64,000 bases of DNA from an uncultured Pseudomonadota bacterium (GTDB lineage: Bacteria > Myxococcota_A > UBA796 > CAJQPC01). Where the stretch lies: positions 10,442 to 74,441 of the forward strand of contig CAJXRZ010000022.1 of the NCBI GenBank assembly GCA_913060515.1. The letters are read 5' to 3'. The notes under the pieces were generated by a model. It worked only from the letters and a program-made list of their open reading frames with translations. It was not told the DNA's origin and did no database searches. Of the stretch, positions 1-9,188 are shown one piece after another; positions within the stretch are counted from its first letter, which is position 1; the number at the start of each line of letters is the position of its first letter. The translations under genes and the position numbers were made by a program.

Positions 1-96
1 CCAGCCAAGAGGTTCGTTGCGCCTCCGGATCAACACCACGCCTTCCCCCTGCGCGATGATCAAGTCCACGGTGGGTGTGGGGTTCCGGTACTCCAT
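1..96 (-). CDS. NUDIX-family hydrolase, N-terminal 32 codons only (gene runs off the left edge)
   Basis: Own reverse-strand translation from ATG at 96..94: MEYRNPTPTVDLIIAQGEGVVLIRRRNEPLGW, open to position 1. This is the usual beta-strand lead-in to a Nudix box. GGAG lies ~9 nt upstream. Absent from the ORF track because it is truncated. Confidence 0.45.
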   Translation of the reverse strand, partial: MEYRNPTPTVDLIIAQGEGVVLIRRRNEPLGW

Positions 97-158
97 CGGG
101 TCGGCTCCATTTGCAGCAATCTTAGTGGTGCTAGAGTCTATCCCTCTCCGGAGGACGG

Positions 159-1445
159 ATGCCCCCAGTGCTGATCGGCAGCGGACCCTGTGCTTTGCGC
201 GCAGCGGCTGCCATACCCGAGGTCCAGTGGTTGGACGCGAGCCCCTTTGTAGTGGACCACCCACACCTGCCCGTAGACATGGGGGTGTTTGAGGATCACG
301 GCACCGCGGAGATCGTGCGAGAGCTGGCTGGTGGAGCTCCCCAGGTCACGCTGCGCAGCGAGATGCTGGCGAAGGGGCGACGCTTGGAGCTGCCCTTCAG
401 ACGCAGGGAGCTTGCGCGCATGCTGCCCCTGCAGGGCGCTCAACGGGCCCTGACGGACTGGACCAAGACCCGGGCCAACATCCGGGCGCGTGAGGTCATC
501 GGAGGCGGCCACGAGCAGCGCAGCTACCAAGACTGGGTTGTCTACCGCTACGGCCGTGCGCTCTACGAGCAGCTGCATGCGCCCTATGCGCAGCGGCGCT
601 TTGGCGAGCCGGAGCAGGTGGCCATCGCGTTGGCGAAGATTCACCACGGCGTGATCGAGTCACCGGGGTGGGCGCGCTTTGGACAGAGCGCCAGCGCCGC
701 CCACCAAGGGCTGCTCTCTCACACCCAGCGCGATTCCGCGGACATGGAAGGTGTAGAGCTCAAAGACGGGAAGGTCTGCGCGGTGTTCACGGACCAAGGG
801 CGGGTCGAGACGGAGCGCCTGTTCTGGGCCGGTCCCGTTCCCGAGCTGGCGGAGTGGCTCGAGGGAGAGATCCCCGAGATCCTCGCGGTGGACATGCGCC
901 GCCTCAAGACCCGGCACCGCATCGAGGCCTTCTTGCCGATGCCAGGGGCGGATCTGCTGCCCGAGGTGCTGCACATCGTAGACAAGGCGCCCTTCTTTCG
1001 GGTCACACCTGTCTCCATGCAGGACGACGGGAAAATCGACGGTGTCTGTTGCCACATCGCACTGGACGATGGCGCCCCGGAGTGGGGAATGGGCGATGCC
1101 CGACTGCTGGTCCAGTGCGCTGAAGCCCTCACCCTGTTGGAGATCGGCCGAGCCGATGAGTCCAAGGGTCTGCTCCGTCGAATGGCCGACTATGACCCGG
1201 CCTGGCAGGTGGGAAGATGGTTCCCGGACGCGACCCGAGTGACGCGCGCCATGCATGAGATGGGCATCAGCCTCGTCGGACGCAGCGCCGCATACAGGTG
1301 GATGGACCCAGGTCAGGCCCTCCGCTTGGGCCGCAGCATTGGCCAAGAGCCGGATGCCTGGCATGAGGCCTTGCGCACACAGGTGGATCCGCCGATCCGA
1401 CTTGCGGACGAAGGGGTGCCCGTGACCCGTTACGTCGAGCGCTGA
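159..1445 (+). CDS. FAD/NAD(P)-binding oxidoreductase (amine-oxidase-like flavoenzyme)
   Basis: 428-aa ORF with N-terminal dinucleotide-binding motif VLIGSGPCALRAAA. The block SYQDWVVYRYGRALYEQLHAPYAQRRFG is typical of amine-oxidase or UDP-galactopyranose-mutase-like flavoproteins. Opposite-strand ORFs are Arg/Pro-rich shadows. Confidence 0.6.
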   Translation: MPPVLIGSGPCALRAAAAIPEVQWLDASPFVVDHPHLPVDMGVFEDHGTAEIVRELAGGAPQVTLRSEMLAKGRRLELPFRRRELARMLPLQGAQRALTDWTKTRANIRAREVIGGGHEQRSYQDWVVYRYGRALYEQLHAPYAQRRFGEPEQVAIALAKIHHGVIESPGWARFGQSASAAHQGLLSHTQRDSADMEGVELKDGKVCAVFTDQGRVETERLFWAGPVPELAEWLEGEIPEILAVDMRRLKTRHRIEAFLPMPGADLLPEVLHIVDKAPFFRVTPVSMQDDGKIDGVCCHIALDDGAPEWGMGDARLLVQCAEALTLLEIGRADESKGLLRRMADYDPAWQVGRWFPDATRVTRAMHEMGISLVGRSAAYRWMDPGQALRLGRSIGQEPDAWHEALRTQVDPPIRLADEGVPVTRYVER

Positions 1446-2138
1446 TCAGGCCACCATGACCCCAAAGAGCCGGCCCACAAGCGCGCTGGCTCCCATCGCG
1501 AGGGCGCCCCAAAGGCTCACGCGCAAGGCGGCCTTCCACATGGACGAGCCGCCCAACTTGGCCGAGCCCACCCCAAGCAAAGCAAGGCCGGCCAGAGAGC
1601 CGAGGCTGAGCAGCAAGGGGAGCTGTGGCAGAGGGCTGAGGAAGGTCAGCGCCAGGGGCCAAGCTGCACCCACGGCGAAGCTCGCAGCGGACACCAGGGC
1701 TGCCTGAATGGGCTTGGCTGCGGCCTCCTCACTCAGGCCCAGCTCGTCTCGTGCGTGAGCCCCCAGCGCATCGTGGGCTGTGAGCTGCTGGGCCACCTCC
1801 AGGGCCAACTCTGGCGTGAGGCCGCGCAAGCGGTAGATCCCCGCCAGCTCTTGCAGCTCGTGCTCAGGATCCTCCGCCAGCTCCTGCCGCTCTCTGGCCA
1901 GGTCCGCAGCTTCGGTGTCTGCTTGGGAGCTGACGGAGACGTATTCGCCGGTCGCCATCGAGAGCGCACCGGCCGTGAGTGCTGCTACACCAGCGACGAG
2001 AAGCTCCCGCGTCCCAGCTTGGGTCGCGGCGATGCCCATCAAGAGGCTTGCGGTCGACAGGATGCCGTCGTTCGCGCCCAAGACGGCTGCCCGGAGCCAA
2101 CCGACGCGGTCCAAGTAGTGGCGTTCATGATGGCTCAA
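1446..2138 (-). CDS. VIT1/CCC1-family Fe/Mn transporter
   Basis: 230 aa with family blocks GANDGILSTASLLMG and SMATGEYVSVSSQ plus a C-terminal TM bundle. TTG start overlaps the upstream stop (TTGA at 2138..2135). Its stop abuts the convergent gene's stop (TGA|TCA at 1443..1448). Confidence 0.85.
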   Translation of the reverse strand: MSHHERHYLDRVGWLRAAVLGANDGILSTASLLMGIAATQAGTRELLVAGVAALTAGALSMATGEYVSVSSQADTEAADLARERQELAEDPEHELQELAGIYRLRGLTPELALEVAQQLTAHDALGAHARDELGLSEEAAAKPIQAALVSAASFAVGAAWPLALTFLSPLPQLPLLLSLGSLAGLALLGVGSAKLGGSSMWKAALRVSLWGALAMGASALVGRLFGVMVA

Positions 2139-2659
2139 TCGTCGTCCTCATCGTCATCGTGGTGTTCTTGGAGTGCATCGCCCCCTGGAGGGATTCCCGC
2201 GCTGCTCGCATACGCTTGAGCTGCGCCGTGTTTGTACACCAGTTCTCCGCCGGCCTGTCCGCATCGAGCGCCCAGCCCCAGTACGACGAGGCTGCCCAGG
2301 ACCGAGACCCCCGCCAGGGGGAGGCCAGCCTTGGACTTGGCCAAGCCCAATGCTCCGGCCATGGTGAGCAGGACGAGCCCGCTGCCCAGAACGAAGACCT
2401 CCGCCGCCTCCTCATGGGCATGGATGGCGGCCGCTGAGACGATCTGCTCGACCCGGTCCTCCTCCGTCTCGCCTGTTCTTTTCGCCAAGAGTCCAGAGGC
2501 CAGGAGCAGCACTTGGAGTCCCAGCACGATGCTCCATGTGCCGGAGGGCAGCCAGCGCCGCCACCATGCGAGCAGCACACCACCGGAGACCAAGGGCATC
2601 AGGAGGCCCAGGGCGATGGGAAGATGTACGAGCTTTGGGTGGAAGAGAAGAGCGTCCAT
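2135..2659 (-). CDS. DUF2231-like 4-TM membrane protein with acidic His/Asp tail
   Basis: 174 aa. Opens FHPKLVHLPIALGLL (DUF2231-type), has about four hydrophobic helices and ends EHHDDDEDDD. Translationally coupled to the VIT gene. Confidence 0.55.
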   Translation of the reverse strand: MDALLFHPKLVHLPIALGLLMPLVSGGVLLAWWRRWLPSGTWSIVLGLQVLLLASGLLAKRTGETEEDRVEQIVSAAAIHAHEEAAEVFVLGSGLVLLTMAGALGLAKSKAGLPLAGVSVLGSLVVLGLGARCGQAGGELVYKHGAAQAYASSAGIPPGGDALQEHHDDDEDDD

Positions 2660-2729
2660 GGTGCCTCCGGGGCAACCTCAACAATCTCGCCTCTCTGGGG
2701 CTCGTCGTCCTTCCATCTTCTGTTGCATG

Positions 2730-2769
2730 CCGTGGAATTACAGCCGCTTAGGCGCTGTCTGTACCACGG
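2730..2769. promoter_or_regulatory. 40-nt imperfect palindrome upstream of the DUF2231-like/VIT operon (operator or hairpin)
   Basis: ccgtggaattacagccgcttaggcgctgtctgtaccacgg. Outer arms CCGTGG/CCACGG are perfect and inner arms ACAGC/GCTGT pair. No T-run follows, so it is not a classic terminator. Confidence 0.25.
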
Positions 2770-2781
2770 ATGATGCGGGCC

Positions 2782-3258
2782 CTACTGGATCAGGTTGATG
2801 CAGTAGTCAGCGTAGAAGTAGTCGGTGCTGAAGCTGCCTTCTTCGTCCGAGAAGGTGATGTCGAAGCTGCCCTCCAAAGGCTGGCGGTCGACCACCTCTC
2901 CCACCGTGATGGTTCCGGTGCGGTCGCGCACCTCGTTGAAGGCGCCTCCGGACACGATCAAGGTCTTGGCGTCCACCACGGCGTCCGTGCCCTCGGTGGA
3001 GAACACGCCCTCGCTCACGTCTGGCGCGTCAAAGGAGAACTGCAGGGCCACCATGTTGAAGTCCACGGGGGCGGTGCCTTGGTCGTAGGTTCGACGGGTG
3101 AAGTCCAGCTCCCGGCAGTCCAGTTCATCCTTGACGAAGACGATGAAGGGTCCGCCCCACATGGCCGTCAAGGGCTCGCCCATCGACTCGCCAGCGACGT
3201 TGCCGTCGATGATGGTGGGGTCAGCGCCACAGGCCATCAGGCCAAGCAGAATCAGCAT
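2782..3258 (-). CDS. Lipoprotein, function unknown
   Basis: 158 aa with lipobox LLGLMAC|G and an acidic beta-rich mature part. SD GGAGA lies 4-5 nt upstream of the ATG. Confidence 0.6.
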   Translation of the reverse strand: MLILLGLMACGADPTIIDGNVAGESMGEPLTAMWGGPFIVFVKDELDCRELDFTRRTYDQGTAPVDFNMVALQFSFDAPDVSEGVFSTEGTDAVVDAKTLIVSGGAFNEVRDRTGTITVGEVVDRQPLEGSFDITFSDEEGSFSTDYFYADYCINLIQ

Positions 3259-3292
3259 GGGGTCTCCTTAGATGGGCGCAGCCTAACCGCCT

Positions 3293-4072
3293 TCAGCGCC
3301 CTTTACCTTGTGAGAGCTTTGCCAGGGCTTTGCGCTGGGCGGCTCCTCCCCACAGCTTCAGGAAGCTCTCTCGCTCCGCTTGAGGGCTTTGAAGGGCCGC
3401 TTTGGCCCCACGGACCGACTCCGCTGGCAGGGCGCTCAGCTCCTGCAGCAGGGTCTCTGTCTCTGCCTCCGCATCCGAGGCCAAGCTGTGCCAGAGGGCC
3501 GGATGCTGGGGCAGATCGAGGGGCCGAGCCCGCGCAAGCACCGCCAGAGCCTGGCTGTAGCCCAACAGATCCTTCAGGCGCGCGGCGCCGCCCCAACCTG
3601 GACTCAAGCCAAGGCGGGCGTGCACGAACTGCACCCGGGCATCGCTCTGAATCACACGCAGATCCGCACAGGTCATCAGCTCCGCGCCGCCGCCTACGGC
3701 CGCGCCTTGCACACACGCCACGCTGAGCTGCGGAAGGGCGCGCAGGCGGGCACACACCTGGCCCATGAAGGTGAGCATTGCCTGCGCCAGGTCAGGTCGG
3801 TCCAGGGCGCCTCTGACGGCGCTCAAGTCGCTTCCGGCGCAGAAGGCCTTGGCGCCTTGGCCCCGGATGCAGAGCAGGGCACCGGGCCAGGCCTCGAGGG
3901 CCTCGACTGCGGAGGCCAGCTGGATCATCATGGCCGGGCTGATGGCGTTTCGGGCGCTGGGATGGTCAATGACCAGGCGCGCAACCGTCCCCTCAAGGTC
4001 CAAACGAACACGCCCCGACCCTCCAAGAGCGGAGAGCGAGGCGCGTGCGGTCTCGAAGGAGAGAGGCTCCAA
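3293..4072 (-). CDS. Enoyl-CoA hydratase/isomerase (crotonase) family protein
   Basis: 259 aa with crotonase blocks ARNAISPAMM, AFCAGSDL and GAAVGGGAELMTCADLRV. Confidence 0.8.
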   Translation of the reverse strand: MEPLSFETARASLSALGGSGRVRLDLEGTVARLVIDHPSARNAISPAMMIQLASAVEALEAWPGALLCIRGQGAKAFCAGSDLSAVRGALDRPDLAQAMLTFMGQVCARLRALPQLSVACVQGAAVGGGAELMTCADLRVIQSDARVQFVHARLGLSPGWGGAARLKDLLGYSQALAVLARARPLDLPQHPALWHSLASDAEAETETLLQELSALPAESVRGAKAALQSPQAERESFLKLWGGAAQRKALAKLSQGKGR

Positions 4073-4086
4073 GGCCTGCCTCCCAG

Positions 4087-5733
4087 CTAGTCTTCGTCCC
4101 GGCGACGCAGTGCGACGATGGCCAGGGGCAGCAGGAGCATCCAGAAGGTGCGGGAGCGGCCTTGGACGCCGGAGCAGCCGCCGGAGCAGCCGCCGCCATC
4201 GTCACAGCCGGAGGCCTCGTAGGGGATGGGGCCGATTCCAGCCCAGATGCCGAGCCAGTCACGCTGGGTGCCGGCCGCTTCGATGTCCATGCTCGTCAGG
4301 CCGATGCCTTCGACGCCAGGGAGTCCGAATGCGATGTCCTCGAGCAGGCCGCCGACGACAGTCTCCAGAATGGTGTCCAAGCCACCACCGAAGTTCTCCA
4401 GGATCTCGTCGTTCGTGCCAACGACCAGCTCATTGGAGGCCACGCTCGGCGTGATCTGCTCGGAGCTCAAGGCCACCTCGACCGCCAGCTGTCCTGTGCT
4501 GCCGTCAAAGGCCATGTCCACGCCGGTGGCCACGTCCAGGTCGATTCCGACCACCTTGGCCATGCGGTCGTCCACCTGGGCGTAGAACTCAAGCCCAAGC
4601 TGGTCCACCGCGATGTCCATGTGGTGGGTGCCGTCGAAGTCCACCACCGGTGGGTTCACGGGGCGGGTGGCGATGATCATCTCCTGGGTCTCAGGGAAGA
4701 GATCGTTGTAGACCTCGCCCGCGAAGAGGTTCAGAAGAGAGGTGTTGATTGGAAGGGGGTCTTCGCCGGCCAGCTCGTAGCAGAGCACGCCGCCAACCCA
4801 GACCGCGTACATGGCCTGGTTGATGAAGTCATCGCTGAGCGCAACGCCCAGCTCGGTGCCGCTTGGCAGGCTCTGGATGGTGGGGGGAGGACCATCGGTC
4901 CGCAAGGATCCGCCGCTGTCCACGACGCAGGCTGCGGGAGGCGCAGAGACGCTTCCGTCCATCACCACGCTCATGCCAGAGGGCTTGATGATGATGTCGC
5001 TGGGGTACAGCTCCAAGCTCAGAGTGGTGTCCAAGACGTCGATGTCTTCTTGGATGCTGGCGGCCGAGAAGGCCTCTTCGACCGCCTCTTCAAGCTGAGG
5101 GCCAAAGTCGGCGATGGCGCTCTCAAGCTGGCTCTCAACCAAGCCGAAGATCAGCTCGTAGAGGCTCAAACCCACCCAGTTGAGGATCTCCTCCAGATCA
5201 CCGATCCAGCAGTCCAGCTCCAGGTAGTCGGTGATGTCGGCGTACGCGACGTTCACATCGCCCAAGGTGGCGTCCAGCACAGGGAAGCCGTCGGGCCCCT
5301 GCACGATGTCCATGGCCATCTGGGTGTTGAGGTTGACCTCGAAGGGCTCGACGTAGCCAGGGCAGTCGGAGCCGATGCAGGCCACTTCGTATTCAATGTT
5401 GAACTTGTCGCTGGAGTCGTTCACGTTGACCAGCAGGTCCACCGTGATGTCCAGGACGCCGTTGCCAGGCGAGATGTCTGCGCTGATCAGGTTGACCCCG
5501 ATCCACAGATTGTCCATCTTGAATTCGTAGTTGAAGCACCAAGTGCCGCCATCGGTGTTGATCGCCTCACCGATGTCGATGCGTTCAGGCAGCAACGTGG
5601 GGATCAAGTCCACCGCAGCGTCCAGCCCGGTCTTGGTCACATGCAGCTCGGCTGCATCCTCGATCACGACCCCTGGGGGCCACGTCTCCGCCTGGACGAG
5701 CGGGGCAGAGAGAAGGAGTAGGAGCGAGGACAC
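4087..5733 (-). CDS. Secreted acidic protein with MYXO-CTERM-type C-terminal sorting signal (possible BPI/TULIP-like fold)
   Basis: 548 aa with N-terminal signal MSSLLLLLSAPLVQA|E. The C-terminus CDDGGGCSGGCSGVQGRSRTFWMLLLPLAIVALRRRDED has a Cys/Gly motif, one TM and a basic cluster. The opposite-strand 558-aa ORF is a His/Arg/Val-rich shadow. Confidence 0.7.
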   Translation of the reverse strand: MSSLLLLLSAPLVQAETWPPGVVIEDAAELHVTKTGLDAAVDLIPTLLPERIDIGEAINTDGGTWCFNYEFKMDNLWIGVNLISADISPGNGVLDITVDLLVNVNDSSDKFNIEYEVACIGSDCPGYVEPFEVNLNTQMAMDIVQGPDGFPVLDATLGDVNVAYADITDYLELDCWIGDLEEILNWVGLSLYELIFGLVESQLESAIADFGPQLEEAVEEAFSAASIQEDIDVLDTTLSLELYPSDIIIKPSGMSVVMDGSVSAPPAACVVDSGGSLRTDGPPPTIQSLPSGTELGVALSDDFINQAMYAVWVGGVLCYELAGEDPLPINTSLLNLFAGEVYNDLFPETQEMIIATRPVNPPVVDFDGTHHMDIAVDQLGLEFYAQVDDRMAKVVGIDLDVATGVDMAFDGSTGQLAVEVALSSEQITPSVASNELVVGTNDEILENFGGGLDTILETVVGGLLEDIAFGLPGVEGIGLTSMDIEAAGTQRDWLGIWAGIGPIPYEASGCDDGGGCSGGCSGVQGRSRTFWMLLLPLAIVALRRRDED

Positions 5734-5828
5734 GGAGGACTCCGGGACGGGGGGCTGCCGGGCACTCTACCTGTGCTTTGGCGCGCAGGCCAGCGGGAGC
5801 TCACTTCAGCAGCGAATCAAGGCTGCTT

Positions 5829-7577
5829 TCAGTCGTAGCCAAAGGCCTCGGCAGCGCTCTTGAGCTTGAGATCCGGTTGCCCCGGCTTGAGGCATAGAAA
5901 GGGGCCCAGGGCCATGGCGTCCATCTTGGTGCGCATGAAGCAGAGGTAGGCGTCCTCTGGGGTGTTCACGATGGGTTCGCCGCGCACGTTCAAGCTGGTG
6001 TTGATGACGATTGGGCAGCCCGTTCGCTTGAAGAAGGTCTCGATCAGGTCGTGATAGAGCGGCTCTTGCTCCGGGTTCACGGTCTGAATGCGCGCGCTCC
6101 CGTCCACGTGCGTGATGGCTTGGAGCTGCTCTCGGTATTTGGTGCGCACTGGGGCCACCAAGAGCATGTAGGGAGAGGGGCGGTCGATCTCGAAGTACTC
6201 CTCGACCTGAGACTCCAGGCAGGAGGGGGCGAAGGGCCGGAAGCCTTCTCGAAATTTGATGCGCATGTTGATGATGCTGCGCATCTCCGGGTGGCGCGCA
6301 TCGCCGAGGATCGAGCGATGACCCAGAGCTCGGGGGCCCCACTCCAGGCGGTCCTGGTACCAGCCGACCACGTGAGCGGTGTCCAGCAGCTCCGCCACCT
6401 CGTCCAGTAGGGGTTGGCGCTCCAAGCGACGGTACACAGCCCCGTAGCGGTCCAGAGTGGCTCGAATCTCCTCTTCGCTGTACCCGGGCCCCAAGTAGGG
6501 GGTGGGGAGCCTGGGGCCCTGTGGGTTCTCCAGGAGCTGGTGCCAAGCCACCAGGGCGGCCCCCATGGCGCCTCCAGCGTCACCGGCCGCTGGCTGGATG
6601 TAGAGCTCGTCCGGCTTGGCCTCGCGCAGGATGTGACCGTTGGCGACGCAGTTGAGGGCGACCCCGCCGGCCATGCAGAGCTTTCTGGAGCCCGCGGCAT
6701 CCATCGCGGACTTGGCCAGCTTGACCATGACCTCGTTGAAGAGCTCCTGAATGGAGCGCGCTGCGTTCTGGTAGTGCGCCGACATCTCGCCATCGCCCAG
6801 GGGCCGCTTTGGTGCGCCCATCAAGTCCTCGAAGGCGGTGGTGAACATGGCCTCGCCGCGCTCAAAGGCGAAGTACTCCATGTTCAAGCGGAAGCTGCCG
6901 TCGTCCTTGACGTCGATGAGCTGACGCACCTCTTCCATCAAGGTGGGCTCGCCATATGGGGCCAGGCCCATCAGCTTGTACTCGGCCGAGTTGACCTTGA
7001 AGCCGCAGTAGAAGGTCATCGCGGAGTAGAGCAGTCCCAGCGAGTGGGGGAAGCGGATCTCGTCGAGCAGGGTGAGCTTGTTGCCCTCGCCGACGCCTCT
7101 GCTGCAGGTCGCCCACTCACCGACGCCGTCCACGGTCAACACAGCGGCCTTCTCAAAGCCCGAGGTGTAGTAGGCACTGGCCGCGTGGCTGAGGTGGTGC
7201 TCGCTGTAGAGGATGGGCCCGCTAAAGCCAATTTCATCCTTGAGGATCTTGCGAAGCCGCAGGCGGGTACCCATCCAGCGGGGCATGCTCGTCACGAAGC
7301 TCTTGAAGGAGCCGGGAAAGTGCTCCATCTGATAGCGCAGCAGACGGTCGAACTTGACCAGCGGCTTGTCGTAGAAGGCGACGGCATCGATCTGATCAGC
7401 GCGGATGCCGGCCTGTTTGAGCGCCCACCGAATCCCCTGGATGGGGAAGTCGGAGTCGTGTTTCTTGCGCGTGAAGGCCTGCTCGGAGGCGGCCGCGATG
7501 GGCACACCCTCGCGCAGCAAGCACACAGCAGCGTCGTGGTAAAAGCAGGACAGGCCAAGGATGTGCATCGCGGCCAT
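5829..7577 (-). CDS. Carbamoyltransferase (NodU/CmcH family)
   Basis: Family blocks ILGLSCFYHDAAVCL, SEHHLSHAASAYY and AGGVALNCVANG. Start is ATG at 7577 (MAAMHILG) or 7568 (MHILG); the track's 7613 start adds an unlikely Arg/Ser leader. Confidence 0.85.
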   Translation of the reverse strand: MAAMHILGLSCFYHDAAVCLLREGVPIAAASEQAFTRKKHDSDFPIQGIRWALKQAGIRADQIDAVAFYDKPLVKFDRLLRYQMEHFPGSFKSFVTSMPRWMGTRLRLRKILKDEIGFSGPILYSEHHLSHAASAYYTSGFEKAAVLTVDGVGEWATCSRGVGEGNKLTLLDEIRFPHSLGLLYSAMTFYCGFKVNSAEYKLMGLAPYGEPTLMEEVRQLIDVKDDGSFRLNMEYFAFERGEAMFTTAFEDLMGAPKRPLGDGEMSAHYQNAARSIQELFNEVMVKLAKSAMDAAGSRKLCMAGGVALNCVANGHILREAKPDELYIQPAAGDAGGAMGAALVAWHQLLENPQGPRLPTPYLGPGYSEEEIRATLDRYGAVYRRLERQPLLDEVAELLDTAHVVGWYQDRLEWGPRALGHRSILGDARHPEMRSIINMRIKFREGFRPFAPSCLESQVEEYFEIDRPSPYMLLVAPVRTKYREQLQAITHVDGSARIQTVNPEQEPLYHDLIETFFKRTGCPIVINTSLNVRGEPIVNTPEDAYLCFMRTKMDAMALGPFLCLKPGQPDLKLKSAAEAFGYD

Positions 7578-7597
7578 TCTACTCCCAGGAGAGCCCT

Positions 7598-8551
7598 TTG
7601 AGCGCCAAGGCATCCGGACTTCGCCACGTGGAGCTGGACGCAGCTCGCCTAAGTCGAGGGGAGCGTGGGGCTTCGCTTCCGGTCTGGCGGCAACGCCTGC
7701 AAGGGGCAGGGGTCCTTAGTTTGGGCGATGAACTGCCCCCGGAGCACCCCGCCTCCGCGGTTTTGGAGCAGTGGTCCCTCTTGGAGCGCAGCGCTGAATC
7801 TGCCCCCAAACGAGGTCTGATCAAAGCGGGCATTGCTGTGCTTGCGTGGCTGGCCATCAGCGTGCCGCTCTGGATCTTTTTGAACGTGATCGGCCAAGGG
7901 ATCAGCATCGCACTGGGGCTGGGTGCCTTCGTCTGGATCCTCAAGGGCGAGCGTCGGCGCGGTCCCAGCGCTCATGAAACAGACGCAGCCGAGGGCTTGG
8001 CTCAAGCGGTGGACAAGTTGATGGCCCACAGCTTCATCGCGGTCCATCAAGGGGTGGTGTTCTCCTATTCGGCCGACCTGCATTTCTTGGAGACACGCAT
8101 CCGAGATGGGGAGCGCAGCCGGCGCGCGATGAGAGAGAAGACGGCCGACATGCTGCGCCTGGAGAAGGAGCTACGCCGCAGCAACGCCAAGCTCGAGCTT
8201 GACGAGTCCGACCCGGATCTGGAGGCACTCAAGGCGGAGCAAGGCAAGCTGAACGCCGACTACGCGGCTCTCACTGACCTGGTCAAAGAGCTGCGCGAGC
8301 AGAAAGAGTCCCTAGAGAGCCGCACCCAGGCGCGCCTGGCGCTCGCTCAACGGCAGGCCCTCAGTGAACAGGTCGATGCTCTGGTTGACCGGGACGCCGA
8401 GCGCGCTGCCCGTCAGGCCGCAGAGCTCGAGGTCGACATGCTGGAGATCGAAGGGCGCCTGAGGGCCCTGGATGTCCAGGTCTCCGATGACGATGCCCGG
8501 CTCAAAGCGACGATGGAGGTCCGGGCTCTGGAAGCTGCAGGCCGTCGATAA
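7598..8551 (+). CDS. Membrane protein: N-terminal soluble part, 2-TM hairpin, long C-terminal coiled coil
   Basis: 317 aa. TM pair is GIAVLAWLAISVPLWIFLNVI / ISIALGLGAFVWIL, followed by a heptad-rich E/R/L/A tail. TTG start at 7598 is uncertain (GTG at 7628 also possible). The 3' end overlaps convergent trmK by 50 nt. Confidence 0.5.
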   Translation: MSAKASGLRHVELDAARLSRGERGASLPVWRQRLQGAGVLSLGDELPPEHPASAVLEQWSLLERSAESAPKRGLIKAGIAVLAWLAISVPLWIFLNVIGQGISIALGLGAFVWILKGERRRGPSAHETDAAEGLAQAVDKLMAHSFIAVHQGVVFSYSADLHFLETRIRDGERSRRAMREKTADMLRLEKELRRSNAKLELDESDPDLEALKAEQGKLNADYAALTDLVKELREQKESLESRTQARLALAQRQALSEQVDALVDRDAERAARQAAELEVDMLEIEGRLRALDVQVSDDDARLKATMEVRALEAAGRR

Positions 8552-9188
8552 AGGTGACCCACTCCGTTGCGCGGGTGTGTCCGTGACTGCCTGGTGGCGC
8601 CGAGGCGGCCACAGTGCTCCAGTGGCGGTGCACGAAGGCTGCGTGCTGCGCGAGCAGGGGGTCGCCGTGCTCCAGGAGTCTGGGGCCGAAGAGCAGAGTG
8701 TGCCCTGTGCTGACCTCGACGCCGGGTTCGATGCGTAGGATTTCGGCGCAGCGCTCGTTCTCCGGCGCCAGGCTCTCTTCAACAATGCGCCAACCGGCCG
8801 CCTTCAGGCCCCTTCTCAGAGTGTCGGTGCGGTCTGGAGAGTGAACGACGGCGGTCTTTGGCTTGGGGCCTGCAGCCAGGATCTCCAGGATGGTGTGTGG
8901 GCCCATCCCGGCGATGATGCAGACGTCCACGTGGCGTAGGCCGCGCATGCCATCGGCGACCATCATCTGCATGGGGTAGCCGTTGGCGCTGCGGTTTCGG
9001 GGAAGTCGGTGGGCCATTCGCTCGCTGCCGATGACCGTGGCCTGGAGGCCCCGGGTGCGCACCAGGTCGTGCAGCAGAGCTGTGAGCTGGCCGTGGTCGC
9101 AGCCTACATCCACCACCACGCCGTGGATGTGTGGCTCCACCATCTTCAGAATGGCCTGCAGACGGGCCAAACCTTTCTTCTTGCTCAT
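8502..9188 (-). CDS. trmK: tRNA (adenine22-N1)-methyltransferase TrmK-like
   Basis: 228 aa with SAM-binding block VVDVGCDHGQLTALL and IIAGMGPHTILEIL, typical of TrmK/YqfN. ATG overlaps the upstream stop (ATGA 9188..9185). Confidence 0.7.
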   Translation of the reverse strand: MSKKKGLARLQAILKMVEPHIHGVVVDVGCDHGQLTALLHDLVRTRGLQATVIGSERMAHRLPRNRSANGYPMQMMVADGMRGLRHVDVCIIAGMGPHTILEILAAGPKPKTAVVHSPDRTDTLRRGLKAAGWRIVEESLAPENERCAEILRIEPGVEVSTGHTLLFGPRLLEHGDPLLAQHAAFVHRHWSTVAASAPPGSHGHTRATEWVTFIDGLQLPEPGPPSSL

